DNA of 64,000 bases from Curvularia clavata (taxonomy: Eukaryota): NCBI GenBank assembly GCA_023920165.1, contig CP089274.1, positions 5,766,001-5,830,000 of the forward strand. Direction: 5' to 3'. Positions 13,822 through 27,303 of the stretch are shown piece by piece (position 1 is the stretch's first letter; every line of letters begins with the position of its first letter). The notes beneath the pieces are model-generated. The model worked only from the letters and a program-made list of their open reading frames with translations, did no database searches and was not told the origin of the DNA. The position numbers and the translations under genes were made by a program.

Positions 13822-15173
13822 ATGACCCATAGACCGGAGCCAGATGAGCACTCGGCTCTGCTCGGTAGTGGCAGGACGCCTGCTGCTGAGCGAGACGTGC
13901 CACAGCATGATCCCGAAAAGATGGACACGCGTTTGGTTCTCAAGATCGCCACGGCCATGTACTCCTTCGCTACACTCGGCCTCTTCAACTCGTCCATTGG
14001 CGCCGTTCTCCCCTTGCTCTCGCGGCACTACGACCTCACCGACCTGCAGGTATCTTCTATCTTTCTAGCGGGACCCATTGGGTACGTGCTTGCTGCACAA
14101 TCGAGTGATGCCATACACTACCGTTTTGGCCAGCGAGGCATCGCAGTTGCTGGTCCAATTCTACAGGTCATTGCTACCGCCATTGTAGCGGCACATCCAG
14201 GATTCGGGTTGGTGCTTGTCGCCTTTGCATTCCAAGGTCTTGGCACAGGGCTGTTAGATGGCAGCTGGTGCGCGTGGGCGGGCAGCATGAAGAAAGCCAA
14301 TACGATTTCCGGACTGTTGCACGGCAGTTATTCTGTCGGCGGTGCATTGGGTCCAGTTCTCTTGACTGCCTTGATAACCAACCACCGACCTTGGTGGACT
14401 TGGTATTCCATTCTAGTATGTCCATTACGAGAGACTTGCGACCTGGTACTGACTGATTGAAGGCCGGAGCATGCGCGTTATCTTTCCTCGTTCAAACTGC
14501 TGCTTTTCGAAATGAGAGTGCCTCTGTCTACCGCCAGAGCAAGCAGTCCGAGATGTCGGACTCGAAAATCGACTTGAGGGAAATGTTCAAGCATCCTGCT
14601 ACCTGGCTCTGTGCGGCGTTTTTCCTCACCTATGTTGGTGTAGAAACGTCAATATCTGGCTGGGTAGTTTCGTTCATGCTTCGAGAGCGACATGCTAGTG
14701 AGTATATAGCTGGTCTCTCTTCCTCCGGTTACTGGATCGGCATGGCTATCGGGCGACTCATCTTGGGTTTCGCCACGGATAAGATGGGTGTGCGGCGTGC
14801 GACCGTCCTTTACTTCATTTTGGCCCTCATTCTTGAGGGGATGTTTGCAATCTTTTCATCTCTAGAGGCCTCTGTGATTGTCATGACGGCACTGGGCTTT
14901 GTTATGGGTCCGTTGTTTCCTTCTGGAGTCGTGGTTCTGACTAGACTACTGCCGTCCGAGCTGCATGTCGCAGCGGTCTCATTTGTTGCATCTCTGGGTC
15001 AGATCGGTGGCGCTTTCTTGCCCTTTGCCATTGGTGCTGTCATTCAGGGCTTGGGTATTGGCGTTTTTCGATTCGCGATACTTATCGAGACGTTTTTGGC
15101 CTTGCTGGTATGGTTGGTTTTTGCGAGACTTCGTCCAGCGCTTCTTCCTGTATCTGCACACGCCCGGGATTGA
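13822..15173 (+). CDS. MFS transporter (fucose-permease/Bsc6-like)
   Basis: Multiple TM segments, LLHGSYSVGGALGP, FFLTYVGVETSISGW; two exons, intron near 14416-14462. Confidence 0.85.
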
Positions 15174-15670
15174 AGGGGTGCATACACTATACTCTATCAT
15201 CTAATATGTGGCATGGGTATACATATCGGATAGGCTTGATAAACATATAGATGTACCATGCTTTGGAGGACCTGCTTCCATCTGGGAAAAAGCTGGTATC
15301 TAGGCTGAACGATATTTTTGTGATCAAGATTCGCAGATGCCATTCGTCAGAGACATCCCCATCCCTAGTACGGAAGGATTGTGCGCTACTGCACTGCATG
15401 CATACAACCGGGGAATTGCAACCCGCTCTTCGTCCAGAAGCCATTACATTAACCTTCCGAATGCCGCTATGCGGTGGCTGCAATTATCGCGTCCGGCCCC
15501 AAAACAGGCAGTACCGCCGGTTACCACAAGTTAGGTATAGTAAGCAAACATGACTGCGTACAGCTGCAATCGCGGAGGCGAACAACTATACTGTTGACAT
15601 TAGGACTCGTTACAGCTGCCCGCTCATCGTCAATCTAGAAAGTCCAAAGAGTTCTTATTTAGCCTCCACG

Positions 15671-17285
15671 ATGGTTGCGCTTACTATTATCACGACTGTT
15701 CTCCTTACTGTACCATCGCTTGTTGTCGGATCTGCGGACAGTTCCTTCGGTGGTGCAAAGGTCGCTTGTTCGAGGTTACAACGTCTCTACCCTGACAACA
15801 CATTTCTGCCTGGAACAGAAGGCTATGCATACGAAACAACAGAGCGTGAGTATCACCGGTAAAACCTTGAGGTGCATGTCTGCTAAGTAACAGTAGCATA
15901 TTGGTCAGCTACAGTATACAGTGCGCCTGCGTGTGTCTTTCTTCCCCAAGATGCCGCGCAAGTCTCGTATGCGGTCACAACTATGACCCTCACACTATCA
16001 AAGTTCGCTCTGCGTGGTGGTGGGCATATGCCAATTTCTGGGTATAATGGAATAGACGATTCGGGGGTGCTGTTGTCCTCATCCAATCTGACCGCATTGT
16101 CTCTTTCATCTGACAAGTCTGTTATATCTGTGGGCCCTGGAAACCGATGGAGGGACGTCTATGCGTACCTTAAGCCATTCGGACTTGCAGCTGTTGGCGG
16201 CCGCGTAGGCCATGTTGGCGTACCTGGCTTGTTGCTTGGTGGAGGCATATCTTTCTTCTCCTCAGAATACGGCTTCGCTTCGGACAACGTTGTGAAATAT
16301 CAAGTAAGCTCAAGGAGTCGATTAATCTCAATTTTGCTAACTGAAACAGTGCGTTCTGGCAAGCGGTCTGATCGTGGAAGTCACAGCGACAAATGCATAT
16401 TCTGACCTTTTCTGGGCTCTGCGAGGAGGAGGAAACTCATTCTGCATCGTCACGAGATTTGATCTGAAGCCGGTGGAAGGAAGCCAAGTCCACGTCGGTA
16501 TTGCACAATTTGACCAGTCTCAAAGCAAAGGTTACCTAGACGGTGTCTACAACTTCGGAAAATACGGCGGTCCTTCTGATCCCAAATCGGCGATTATCCC
16601 AACTATTGTCAACTTTCCTGCCGCGAACCTGACTGTGTACGCTGCCGCAAAGTTCTACAACTCTCTCATAGACAGCCCAAAGGCTTTTGAAAACTTTACT
16701 GCGCCAAAGCTTATCCCTGTCGCCGATTCATACGCACTTCAGCCATTATCAGACTACATTGCAGCGACAGATGCTCTACAACCTCTCGGTCTGCGGCAAG
16801 CATTTCGAACCTTGTCTTCAATTGTGGACCGAGACGCTGTTCAAATAGTTCACGACACATTCATTCGTAGCGTGCACTCCGATTTGTCCAAGATCGCCAA
16901 CCTCCAGGCCTCTATTACATATCAGCCAATCACCAAGGACTTCGTCTCACATAGTGCTCGAACCGGAGGAAATCCCCAGGGTATCGATATCTCCAAAGCC
17001 CCGTTTTTCTGGATGGTCGAGAACTTCACCTGGGATAACGCTGAAGACGATGCCACGGTTCATGCGGCCGCAGACAAAATCACGGCAAATATCAATCATT
17101 TGCTCCTTGCCAAATCTCTCAGCGCGCAGTACCTGTACATGAATGATGCAGGGAAAGGCCAACCGATATTTGAAAGTTATCCAGCCGCCAATGTCTTGAA
17201 GCTGAAATCAATTCGTGCCAAGTACGACCCTCTGAGGATCTACACCGACTTGATGCCTGGTGGATGGAAAGTTGCTTACGCATAA
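15671..17285 (+). CDS. Secreted FAD-binding oxidoreductase (BBE/VAO-like)
   Basis: Signal peptide; FALRGGGH, VGGRVGHVGVPGLLLGGG, DLFWALRGGGNSF, YLYMNDA, KYDP; two introns. Confidence 0.9.
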
Positions 17286-17422
17286 GAGTTCAGGGAAGCC
17301 TAGGTTTGAATGGTCCGGAACAGCGCTGTGTTCGTGCTTAGATATGCAGAACAAATCTATTATTCAGAGACCAGAACCAATCCCGATTCCAGCTGAAGGA
17401 AACTCCCCTTGATATGCTTTTC

Positions 17423-18734
17423 TCAACGATCCTTGTCTTCATCTTTTCCAGGCCAAACAATCTCTCCCTTCCACACAGCCCTCACACACCCCACAGCTGC
17501 GACTATCCACACAACAACTAACAAAATCGTCATGACGCTTGCCACCCATAATATCGACTCGCTCTCGAGCTCCCTACCCAGAGTACTGGTAGCCAATGCA
17601 AACCCCACATTAGGAAAGATAAAAGCCCACCAGCTCAGCCCGAACGGCATACTGCCTACCACACTGAGATTTGCGACCAACGCAATAGCAAAGAGCCAAA
17701 ACGCAAACGCATACAGAAAGATGGACGCAAAAAGCGCCATGACGCGCAGAACCTCTGGCGAACCCGGATGCTTCGAGAAGTAATCCCCTGGCTGTACTCC
17801 AGCGGGCGAAGAAATCTCAGTCCCAGTCTCCGCAATCCCCCTCGCCATACCCACAAGCGCAACAACCGTGTATGCGCAACTCCCCACGGGGATAAACATA
17901 GCCGGTCTCGCCTTATGTACCGGCAACCCACCATCCATCAAGCTCTTAACATACAGCACAATCCCCACAAAACTAATGCACCACCCGTAACCTTGATACG
18001 TAACCCCCGACACCACTATAGCAAGCTGGCGCTCCCGTGGCTGAAACGCCACCATCATCGACGCCAGCGTCCCCGTCAACATGCACGAGTAGCCCGCGAG
18101 AAAAACACTCGGGCTGAACAGTACCGGTCGCTTGGGACTGGCTGCCCTTAAAACGACCCAGTATTGCAGTACGGCCGCCAGCAGCGACACGCCGGCGTAC
18201 ACCCAGTACAGCACGTGCACGAGAGAAACCAGGCTTGGTGTTGCGGGGCCGTGGGTAACGGCGAAGGTCTGGATGCCGCCGATGATGACGCAGGTGCTGA
18301 GTGTGAAGGCGCCGGCAAAGAAGGATTCCGCAGGGGACGAGAAGGCGGCGAGAAAGTGGCGTTTGTGCGTTGTGAAGCGTAAGAGGGTGAGGAGGGTGAA
18401 GGAGAGGAAAAGAAGGAGATTGAAGAAGAAGAGGGTGAGGGATATGTGGTATTGTCCTTTATTTTGAAAGTTCTTTACGTTAGAATGTAGTCTCTTTTTC
18501 AAAAAGATTGTTTTTAGCATGGAGGTATGTACCTTTGAATTGATGCGGTGCCTCTCTAATAGCAATCGCGAGTCCTCCCGTACTCATTGTACACAAGAAC
18601 CAAGCGAATGTGAAATGCTTTACTCTTTGTCGTAGACCCATTTTGTTAACTTCCATCCCTCTTTGCTCGTGAGGAGGTCCTTCGGACTGCGCCGCAGAGG
18701 CCGTTGCTGCTTCTTTGCTTGAAGACGACGACAT
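17423..18734 (-). CDS. C4-dicarboxylate/malate transporter (SLAC1/Mae1 family)
   Basis: HFTFAWFLCTMSTGGLA, RPAMFIPVG, FGLSWWAFIFPNVGF, IVWPGKDED; one intron near 18530-18460. Confidence 0.9.
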
Positions 18735-19243
18735 GGTCGAGTCATGAATGGGTTGTCAGGAACAAGTATGGAAAAGTCTGACAAGTAAGAATTCGTTTGT
18801 TATTGTCGTTTATTACATAAACAGTGCATTGCCGATGAGCCGGTACATCGTATGAGCGGTGTGTGATTGAGGATTCAGGATACGAATATACTTGTACAAT
18901 GACTGTTTGCTGAGTAGAGTGACAAGACTGGAACACTAGCCAATTAGCACAGAAGCTCTGCAGAGTCCCCTAAAAAGCTAACATCGTTACCTGCCTAGGG
19001 TGCCAGGTTCAGCAATTGGTGGGCAACAAATAGTAGGATCGCGGAAGGTCTGGGGGGAAGAGGCGAAGGTCCGGTTGGTCCCAAGTTTATTCCCGGTCCT
19101 AGCCGCCACCCCCTCATGATGCGTATTTGCAGCCCTTGTCAGAAGTAATCTGCATTGCTAGAAAAGTTTACCAAAAACATTATCAAGGATTTATACTTAT
19201 TTTCTTGAAACTCGAAGCGAAAATTTTTGCTCACGATAATATT

Positions 19244-21277
19244 CTACGCAACCTGCTGAATCTTATCCTTGGCATGCTTCTTCGTCTCTCTTGCCCTCCA
19301 CTTGATATCCCCAGGTTGCGGCCACCTGTAATTCACAGGCGACTCACCACCCACAAAGACACACGTATCATACAGTAGGCCGCCACAGAGTGCGCCGCTG
19401 ATAGAGGCACCCCAGGAGCCATATGCCCAGTAACCAGTAGAGAAAGCATCCTTGTATCCAACCCAGTACGCGACAAGGCGGGGCCCAAGATCCCGAGCTG
19501 GCGAGATACCCAATCCAGTGTTATATCCCAAGCCGATCATGGTAACCATGCCTGTAAGGCCCACGATAAAGGCGGTCATGCCTTGGCCTGGAGGAGAGTT
19601 CTGGTCGTCGCCGACTGCGAACACGACACATACAAAGATGGTCATGTAGACAAAATCGTTGAAGAAGCCAGTTGCAGTGGAGTAGATGGGTCCTTGGGGA
19701 AAGATAGCCTTGCCAGTCATCTCAAGTGTGAGCCCAGGATCGACCTTGTGGATTGCGTCGTGGTAGAGTCTGTTGGATAAGTTAGCAAATAGCTCGTACA
19801 GTTACAGATATGGTTTAACCTACGCATATGCGACGGCTCCTGCAGTCAAACCAGCGAGTAACTGCATACAGATGTAGACGATAGCCATTTTCCAAGGGAA
19901 ACCGCGGAAGATGGACAGAGAGATGGAGATTGTGGGACTTAGGTGTGATCCACTGACTCCGCCGCCTATGTAAATACCGATCATAACAGCAAAGCCCCAT
20001 CCCCAGGCTTGTGTCTCAAAGCTACCAGTGCTTTGTTGAGATGTGGCAACGGATAGGTTTACGCATAACCCAATCAAGAGGTAAATAAAGGTCTGTGAAG
20101 GGTTAGCCAGGTGAGCCTTTCCTTCTGAACTAGAAAGTGGACGTACTGCAAGGAATTCCGCCGGGGCTTGGGGGTACTTTGCTCGAAGTCTAGCGATGGG
20201 GTTTCGGTACTGGTTGTAAAACTCTCGCTCCTCCTCTTGTTGGCGTTTTTGGATTTCCGCTCCTTCTTTTGTAGTTTGACTAGTCTCCTGTGAGGCTCGT
20301 TCCTGAAGCGGTGGAAGACCATCCTGCAGTCCAAAATGCTGTTGCTGGCCGCGTCCGTCGGAAAATTCCAGGCCATGTTCATCAACTGGGGCACGGCTTT
20401 GGCCGTCGTGGTGTTCCTGGGTACGGGAGTGTTCGCCGTGATGTCGACCAAGTACTTGATTGGCTTCTTCTGTCGGTACCCGTTTCACATTCACCCTTCG
20501 ACCGTCGATTATTGTTTGAAACCTTTCAGGATCTTGGTGGCTATTGGGATGCTGTTCAGCGTTCAAGGTCTCCTGGGAATCTCCCGGCTCTTCTTCCAAA
20601 ACTATTCACCATGATTAGAACCATGACGCAATGTAAAGTGATTGAGTGGCTAACCTTTCCTGTCATCAAAGTCCAGGCCGTCTTGTCGAGATACGCCATC
20701 GTCGTTGTCAATTTTGTACAAGGACTTGCGCATATCGCCTCGCCCCCACCACATGCCACGGCGAACGGTGCGTGGTAGAGGGGCACCCAAGCCAAAGACT
20801 GGCTTTTGCTTCTGCTCGTTGTACCAGGGGTTCAGTGCAAAGTAGTCATTGTCAACATCCACGACCTGCTGTTGCTTCTTCTCTGGCCGGCGAGGAGGCT
20901 CTTGCCTAACGTTTTCACGAGTTGCAGTCTTTGAAGGCGTATTTCTTATACTACCCATTGGCGCCATGCTAGTTGCGGCGGTGTTGGTACGCCCATTCTG
21001 AGGTCTCGATGGTAAGCGGACGGTGTCCAGCCTTCCCATACTCGGTGCATCGGAGCGACCTCGATGCAAGACGGTCGATGCAAGGGACCTCGACGTTGGC
21101 TGTCTTGATTCATTTGTCAAATCTGTGGGTCTCTGAGAAGACGATTCTTCTGGTTGTGCTATTGAAAAGCCGAGCGTCAGTTTTGATGGAAGAACAAGAA
21201 TACAAACTGTCGAATAGGCATGGAAGGGAAAATGAGTCCTTACTGTTTGCTGGCGTATCAGATTGCTGTTGCGACAT
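19244..21277 (-). CDS. Aquaglyceroporin (MIP family) with long N-terminal extension
   Basis: ATG 21277 (MSQQQSDTPAN), several introns; AEFLA, GGVSGSHLSPTIS, GLGISPARDLGPRL, FVGGESPVNY. Confidence 0.9.
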
Positions 21278-22193
21278 GGTGCTATTTAGCCACTGTATTG
21301 TGTTACAAGGCGAGCACAGCTGAAGACCTTATATGCTGTTGCTATCAGCTCAGGATTCAAAAGTGGCTCCCAAGATGACATTATGGTAAACAGCGCCTTC
21401 GACGCTCATGCATGGGAAAGTGAAGAATTCCATGCGCTACGTCACTCGCAGGGAAACTTTTTGCCTAGTGCACCCATGTCCCCGGTAGTGCCGAGAAGTC
21501 CCCATGGCGCGGTGACATGTGTACCAATCGTTCTTAGTGATGTCCATATTTCAGTGGGCAGGGCTAACCAAGAGCCTCAATCCTCGACACGCATGTACTG
21601 ATGGGGAATCCGTCATCCCGATCCTGAGGCGTTGGTGCTAGCTGTGGCGTGGTACAGATCACAGGTTGGACGGATATCGGCGTTAACAAAGTGGATCTTG
21701 TTGATCTGCACTTGTCAATGAGAAAATCCCTGACTCAGGGTTCGTGTGTCTGTAACGCAATCACAAAGCAGCGCATAGTTAGCATACAGATGAATGCAAA
21801 ATGCTAGCAGTGCTTTGGATGCAGTGCTGATAAGCATTTTCACATGACAATCACAAGCCCTTGGCAAGAGCTTCCAGCAAAGCGGACAATATACAACCGG
21901 ACAGTCAAGACTAGTTCCACCTTGACCAACGCGTCAGTGTGGAGGCCGGTCAGAATTATTTCGATTGGCCGGTGGATCGTGCCCGCGGAGACTGCTTAAT
22001 TTCCCCTGCGTTATTATGTACATATTTGGGAATCATTTCCTCAAAGATCCCGACGGTTCTTGGACCTGATATCGGAGTGGCCCTAGCTCCGACGTGTAGG
22101 TCCGATGTTGAAGCCACAGTGTGGCGCACTCCGCAACCTCCGACTACATACTTTTTGGTATGCAACGTCTCTCTACTCGCCAGTACCGCTTGA

Positions 22194-23288
22194 TTATGAT
22201 ACAGCCATCAACTTGTTCTGCTCTTGTGCTAATGTGAGGCCCTCGGGCGCTTGTCGGAAGAGGACAATCTCGGATTGTTTAAAGTATCGTCGCGCGTCTA
22301 GGTTGCTTTGTTAGCGGTATGCAGTGGATACTGGCTGGGGTAGTTCACCTTCGTCGATAAGCACCAGGCTCAGGTAATATCGGGTCGAGTACTTTTTGTT
22401 GACTTCGCGGAAGGTGGGTGTCAAGTCAAAACCGCCCAAGAACAATCGGATGGGAATCGTCTCGCCTGCAGAACTGGTTAGCCGGGTCTTGTCGCCAAGA
22501 GCGGTTTTGTTTACCTCGCGATGGCGATCCATCCATGATTTCGAATCGCACAAGCGTCTCGCTTTCGTTGTACTGGTTCGGAGGGGCGCCGGTTGTTTCT
22601 CTCCGTATGATCGACAGCTCCATGTGCTTAATCTTCAACCGCACAAGCAGGAAGTATATCCTGCCTACAATCACGTCCTTGAGATGGTATTTAGACTTTG
22701 AGTACTCAAACTCAATATGCAGACAGTCCTCAATACCGACGTCCATTTTGATTGAGCTGTTGGTTTCAGGGGGAATGCGGTATGAGTAGACCCAGAGGTC
22801 TTTTTCGCGGACTACGTCGGCCATGCGGCGCGAGACGGTGACGCGGACAAAGTAGCGGAGCTTGACATTGATGCCATTGTACGACTCGTACTGCTTCTCG
22901 ACGTTTTTGAAGTTGAAGTCGAAGGTCTGGGGGTGTTGCAGCTCGCCGGGGGCAGCTAGCTCTTGGCCAAGGGAGAGGAACTCGTAGTGGTTTCCGCGGT
23001 CGAAGAACATCTCTAGGCGCATGACATCAGCACTGCGCGCGCGCACGCAGAAGACAGCGGAAAGGGCCTACCGATGGTGCCAATGAACTGGACCTTGATG
23101 CCCGTGTGCTCGAGGCGCTTGCCATCCTTGGGGCGGACGGTGACCTGGCCCTTGACCGACTCGCCGTCGAGGTAGAGGGGGACCTTTTCCTTGCGGTTCT
23201 TATCGAGCTTGACGTCGACGGCGGAGCGGTCGTCGAGGTCCTCGAGGACAATGTCGATGTCGACCGGGGTGGAGAAGAAGTAGGACAT
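22194..23288 (-). CDS. VPS26: Retromer subunit Vps26
   Basis: MSYFFSTPVDIDIVLED, GKRLEHTGIKVQFIG, IKMDVGIEDCLHIEFEY, ETIPIRLFL, RRYFKQSEI; three introns. Confidence 0.95.
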
Positions 23289-24727
23289 GGTGACAGGAGC
23301 GTGGGCGCGTCGGCGGCCGGCGGAGCTGAGCTGAGCTGGAAGACGACGTATGGGCGTATAGGCGTGGGCGTGGTTGCATGCCCAGGCACTCATGCAATGG
23401 GCCTTCGTCATACTGCGCTTGTCCGTGTTGGGACAGTCACGTGAATCCGCGGACCCAGCACTGCCCCGCTTCCCCGTTCGCTGCTTGCTTGCTGCTCGTC
23501 GTCTGTCCGGCTCCCTACTGACGTTGAGCTGTCTCAGGCCCCGGAGGCATACGCCACCCAAACCGTGTCCTGTCCTTGTTTTCCTAGCCACGCCGGCAAA
23601 CTCAATGGGTCCACGTCACGTCTGACTGCATCATGCCTCACTCGGGTCAGAGAGAGCTCCTCCACATTGCTCCCGACACGACGCAGGAGACCAGGACCGT
23701 CATGGCACGCCTCGTATACACTGAGCAAAAAAGAAAACACGCACCAGGTCAGCGCAGCGGCCAAGACGCCTCTTCTCCACTTGGGCACACGCGAGCGAGT
23801 GTAACATCGGCGCTTGTTGCTCCATGAGCATGTAGACGGGCATCGCCCTCAGCCTCGACTCTGGCCGGGCCGATGCACTCCAGTCGCCTCGCCTAACCCC
23901 CACGCGCCATTATCAAACAGGTTGCTGCCCACGAGTCAAAGCGGTGAGTGCCGCCGCAGCCCCTCTGCCTCGTGGCCATCCAAGTCCAAGTCCAAGCGCG
24001 CGTTCCTGGTGGCCGTCCTTCAGTCAGTCCGTCAGTGAGAGAGCCATCGATGAGCGGCAAGGCAAGCCAGCCAACCAGTCGTCGGCCAGGCAGTCCGGCA
24101 TTCCGTCAGGTGGCTGCATCCATGTGTGCCCAAAACACCAGCATTACATGCTTCTGGCTTGGCGGACATGCAAACAGGCGCAGCGCGGTTCCTGAGATGC
24201 GGGGGAGCAGAGCAGTGACGCGCTACGCCTTCATCATCCCACACGCGACAGTGGCCATGTTCAAAGGCCGATGGGCTAAAAATCTCCACGCCGGCTTGCC
24301 GGCTGTTGCACCCGGCTGGCCCAGGCACTGCCGCTAGCCCTCCGGCTCGTCACGCGATTGGATGCCGGCTTTGCACGCGTCCCATGGTGCCGTCGCTCCT
24401 ACAAGCACAACGCCTGCCATCACATCCCACCCTTGCCGTCATGGCCCTGCGGGCGAAATTTCCAGATGAGCATCCGCTGCCTTATAATAACTCTCCGTGT
24501 CCCAGGGCGATTCGGGCGCTCCCTAGATTGCTTACCAGCTGCAAACGAAACCCCCCCTGCTACATCTGCGCTGCAATATCGCATATTAATCCAGCCCAAC
24601 ACCCATTCCACTCAACGCCTACTAGCAGCCCAATTCAAACACGACTGCTTTACAACACACTCACCGGACTCTGCCTGCTCCATATATCTTCCGTCTGCCC
24701 TCCGTTTGCGCCTGCCACCGCACAACC

Positions 24728-25475
24728 ATGATGCAAGCCATGGAGCAATCAGTCCCCCAGCCCATAAAATATGTCTCGCCGCCCACTCCTCCCGCCTCCA
24801 ACACGGGATCACCCTCAAAGTCTTCTCCTGTCCTCGCCGACGCAACGTCCACCAAAATGACGGTTCCCTCTCACCATCACATCCTCATTGTCACCGGCCC
24901 TGCGGGATGCGGCAAGAGCACCATTGCCAAGTATCTGGCTGACCGGTACGGCTTCGACTACATCGAGGGCGATGAGGTAAGCTCGGCGATCCAGAAAACG
25001 CAGCTAGCGTCGACTAACGGCCCCACAGTTTCACCCAAAACAAAATATCGACAAAATGGCCGCCGGCATCCCGCTCAATGACGAGGACCGATGGGACTGG
25101 CTGATTCTGCTGCGTGACCAGGCCCTCAACGCCCTCAAGACCGGATCAAGAGGCGTCGTCGTCACCTGCAGCGCTCTCAAGAAAAAGTACCGCGACGTCA
25201 TCCGGACCGCCCGCCTCTACGACGAAGACCCAAATGCCAACGTCCACTTTGTCTACCTCCGCTCCGACATGGAGACACTGCTCTCGCGCGTCCGCGCCAG
25301 GCAAGGTCACTACATGAAGGACGCCATGGTCGCTAGCCAATTTGCCGCTCTCGAGGAGCCCGACGAGACCGAATGCAAGCAACTCAAGGATGTCGAGATT
25401 GTCGATGTCAAGGGAGGCATCCAGGATGTCCAGCAATTAGCCAGCGCTGCCGTCGACAGAATCTTGACACAATAG
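24728..25475 (+). CDS. Gluconokinase
   Basis: P-loop GPAGCGKST, EGDE|FHP..NIDKMAAGIPLNDEDRWDWL, CSALKKKYRD, SQFAALEEP; intron 24977-25028. Confidence 0.93.
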
Positions 25476-26874
25476 CATTGCACCCCGTAAGATCAGCCGG
25501 TTCTGGTCGTGTGACAAAAGTTGTGTTTGGCTTGCTTTTTGTTTGTTCAGGAACTGCTCGTGCATCGAGCGTCCAGTAGCGTAGCGAATGATTTTCGGTA
25601 TTTCCTTCTTGGCAACGGCGTAACAGTATTAATTATACCCTGATGAGACGGGCTGGTAACACTGCATTTGCGGAGTACTTTCTAACCACTTGCAACCAAT
25701 ATATGATGAGAAAATGCATTAATTTTTGGAACCATTGTGCCTGAGTGCTGTGAAAGGAAATCAGTTCCGATATGAGACTGGCATACAACTTGGATAAATG
25801 CATAACCGAAGAGCCTTCGGCTGCTTCAGCTCCTCCTAACGACAACCGTAAAAACAAACTGCCGCTCTCACGCTGCCGTTCGCAAGACGGCCGCGTCGGA
25901 AATCGGAAATGGTGGGCGACTCACCCGTTCACGGCCGGGAAGGTTGACCGACGAATGCGTCTTGCCCCCACGCTGTTTACTCTAAAAGATAAGCAGAGGA
26001 AAACGATGAAAAGACGATGCCCAAGTCATCTACGTAGTTGCTTGACATCAAGTTCAGCTCACCAACAAGGCAGGATTTGCTGGGATTGTTATTTATAGCA
26101 TACTTGCCTGTTTGGGAATGGTGTCTTGGCAGTCAATAGCACCTCAGTGTAACTGGTATGGCGAATTCCTATGAACATTCTGATATTTGTATATGTACTG
26201 CAGTTGGGTATTTGATCTAGTTGGGTCAATCTCTAAGTAATCACGAGTCACATCAGGTACGGGGATAGTCATCGCTGATTGAATAGTGATTCGTATTCGA
26301 ACCTGAAGACCGCAAGGCGCCCAGCAAGGTGGCTTTGCTATACAGCTTCCTTGAACAGAGTGCAATGTCCTCGAGGATGTGGTTTTTCGAGTACAGTTCA
26401 AACACTCACTGTTCATTTTTCATTCCGAAATTCTCAAATTAAAGATGATCAAATACTCAAACTTATATACAGCCATAATCCACATACTTACCAGAAACGT
26501 GCCCGGTCCCATGTCCTTCTCGTAGTTTTCATTACTGCTCAGCCACAGCGAGGCAACAAGGCACCCTACACTACCCTCAGATTTCCGTCTTCCAAGCGTT
26601 TTGAATCGTTCTGAACATCGCATTTCTACTGGATGCCACCAAAATGCGAAGAAAACATCCATCTCTGGCGTGGAGCGGAGTGCAGGCGCAGCACAGCTTG
26701 GCACGAAGCAACGAGGCAGTGCGAATTGCACAAGGCTGGTGCATATAGTCATACATCCTGGGGCTGTTATCAAATTACCATTCCATCTTTTCTTCACCAA
26801 AGCTCTTGTTTGTGAGACGACTCGATACATCCACGTCAAGTACCACAAGAACCATCCCATCGCCGACAGCAACC

Positions 26875-27303
26875 ATGCACCTCGCCCTTTTCTTCTCCAT
26901 GCTCTCCACCTTCGCACTCCTCACCTCTTCTGCCTCCCTCTCTTCGTCCTCGTCGCAAATATCAGATACCACGCTCACGTCCACACCCACCCGCTCTCAG
27001 GCCTCCATGACCGGCACACCCGCTACACAACCATCCTTTGCACCCGGACAAAACAACAACGGCGTGCGTAACGTTGTTATCGAAACTATTATCGCTGTTG
27101 CATTCGGCGCAGTGGCGGGGTTGAGCCTATTACTTGCCTCAGCGTGGATTCTGTGGAGGATATCGAGGAAGAAGAGGCCGGTGGAGACGGAGGTGGAGAC
27201 AGAGAGGGAAGGAAAAGACACGGATGAGGAGTCTGTAATTACGGGGTGCGAGAAGGAGAAGGAAGGGGAGTGGAAGGAGGTAGAGGGCGATAAGAGGGGA
27301 TAG
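26875..27303 (+). CDS. Small single-pass membrane protein (signal peptide, Ser/Thr-rich ectodomain, acidic tail)
   Basis: MHLALFFSMLSTFALL signal, S/T tract, TM IIAVAFGAVAGLSLLLASAWILW followed by RISRKKR. Confidence 0.6.
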   Translation: MHLALFFSMLSTFALLTSSASLSSSSSQISDTTLTSTPTRSQASMTGTPATQPSFAPGQNNNGVRNVVIETIIAVAFGAVAGLSLLLASAWILWRISRKKRPVETEVETEREGKDTDEESVITGCEKEKEGEWKEVEGDKRG

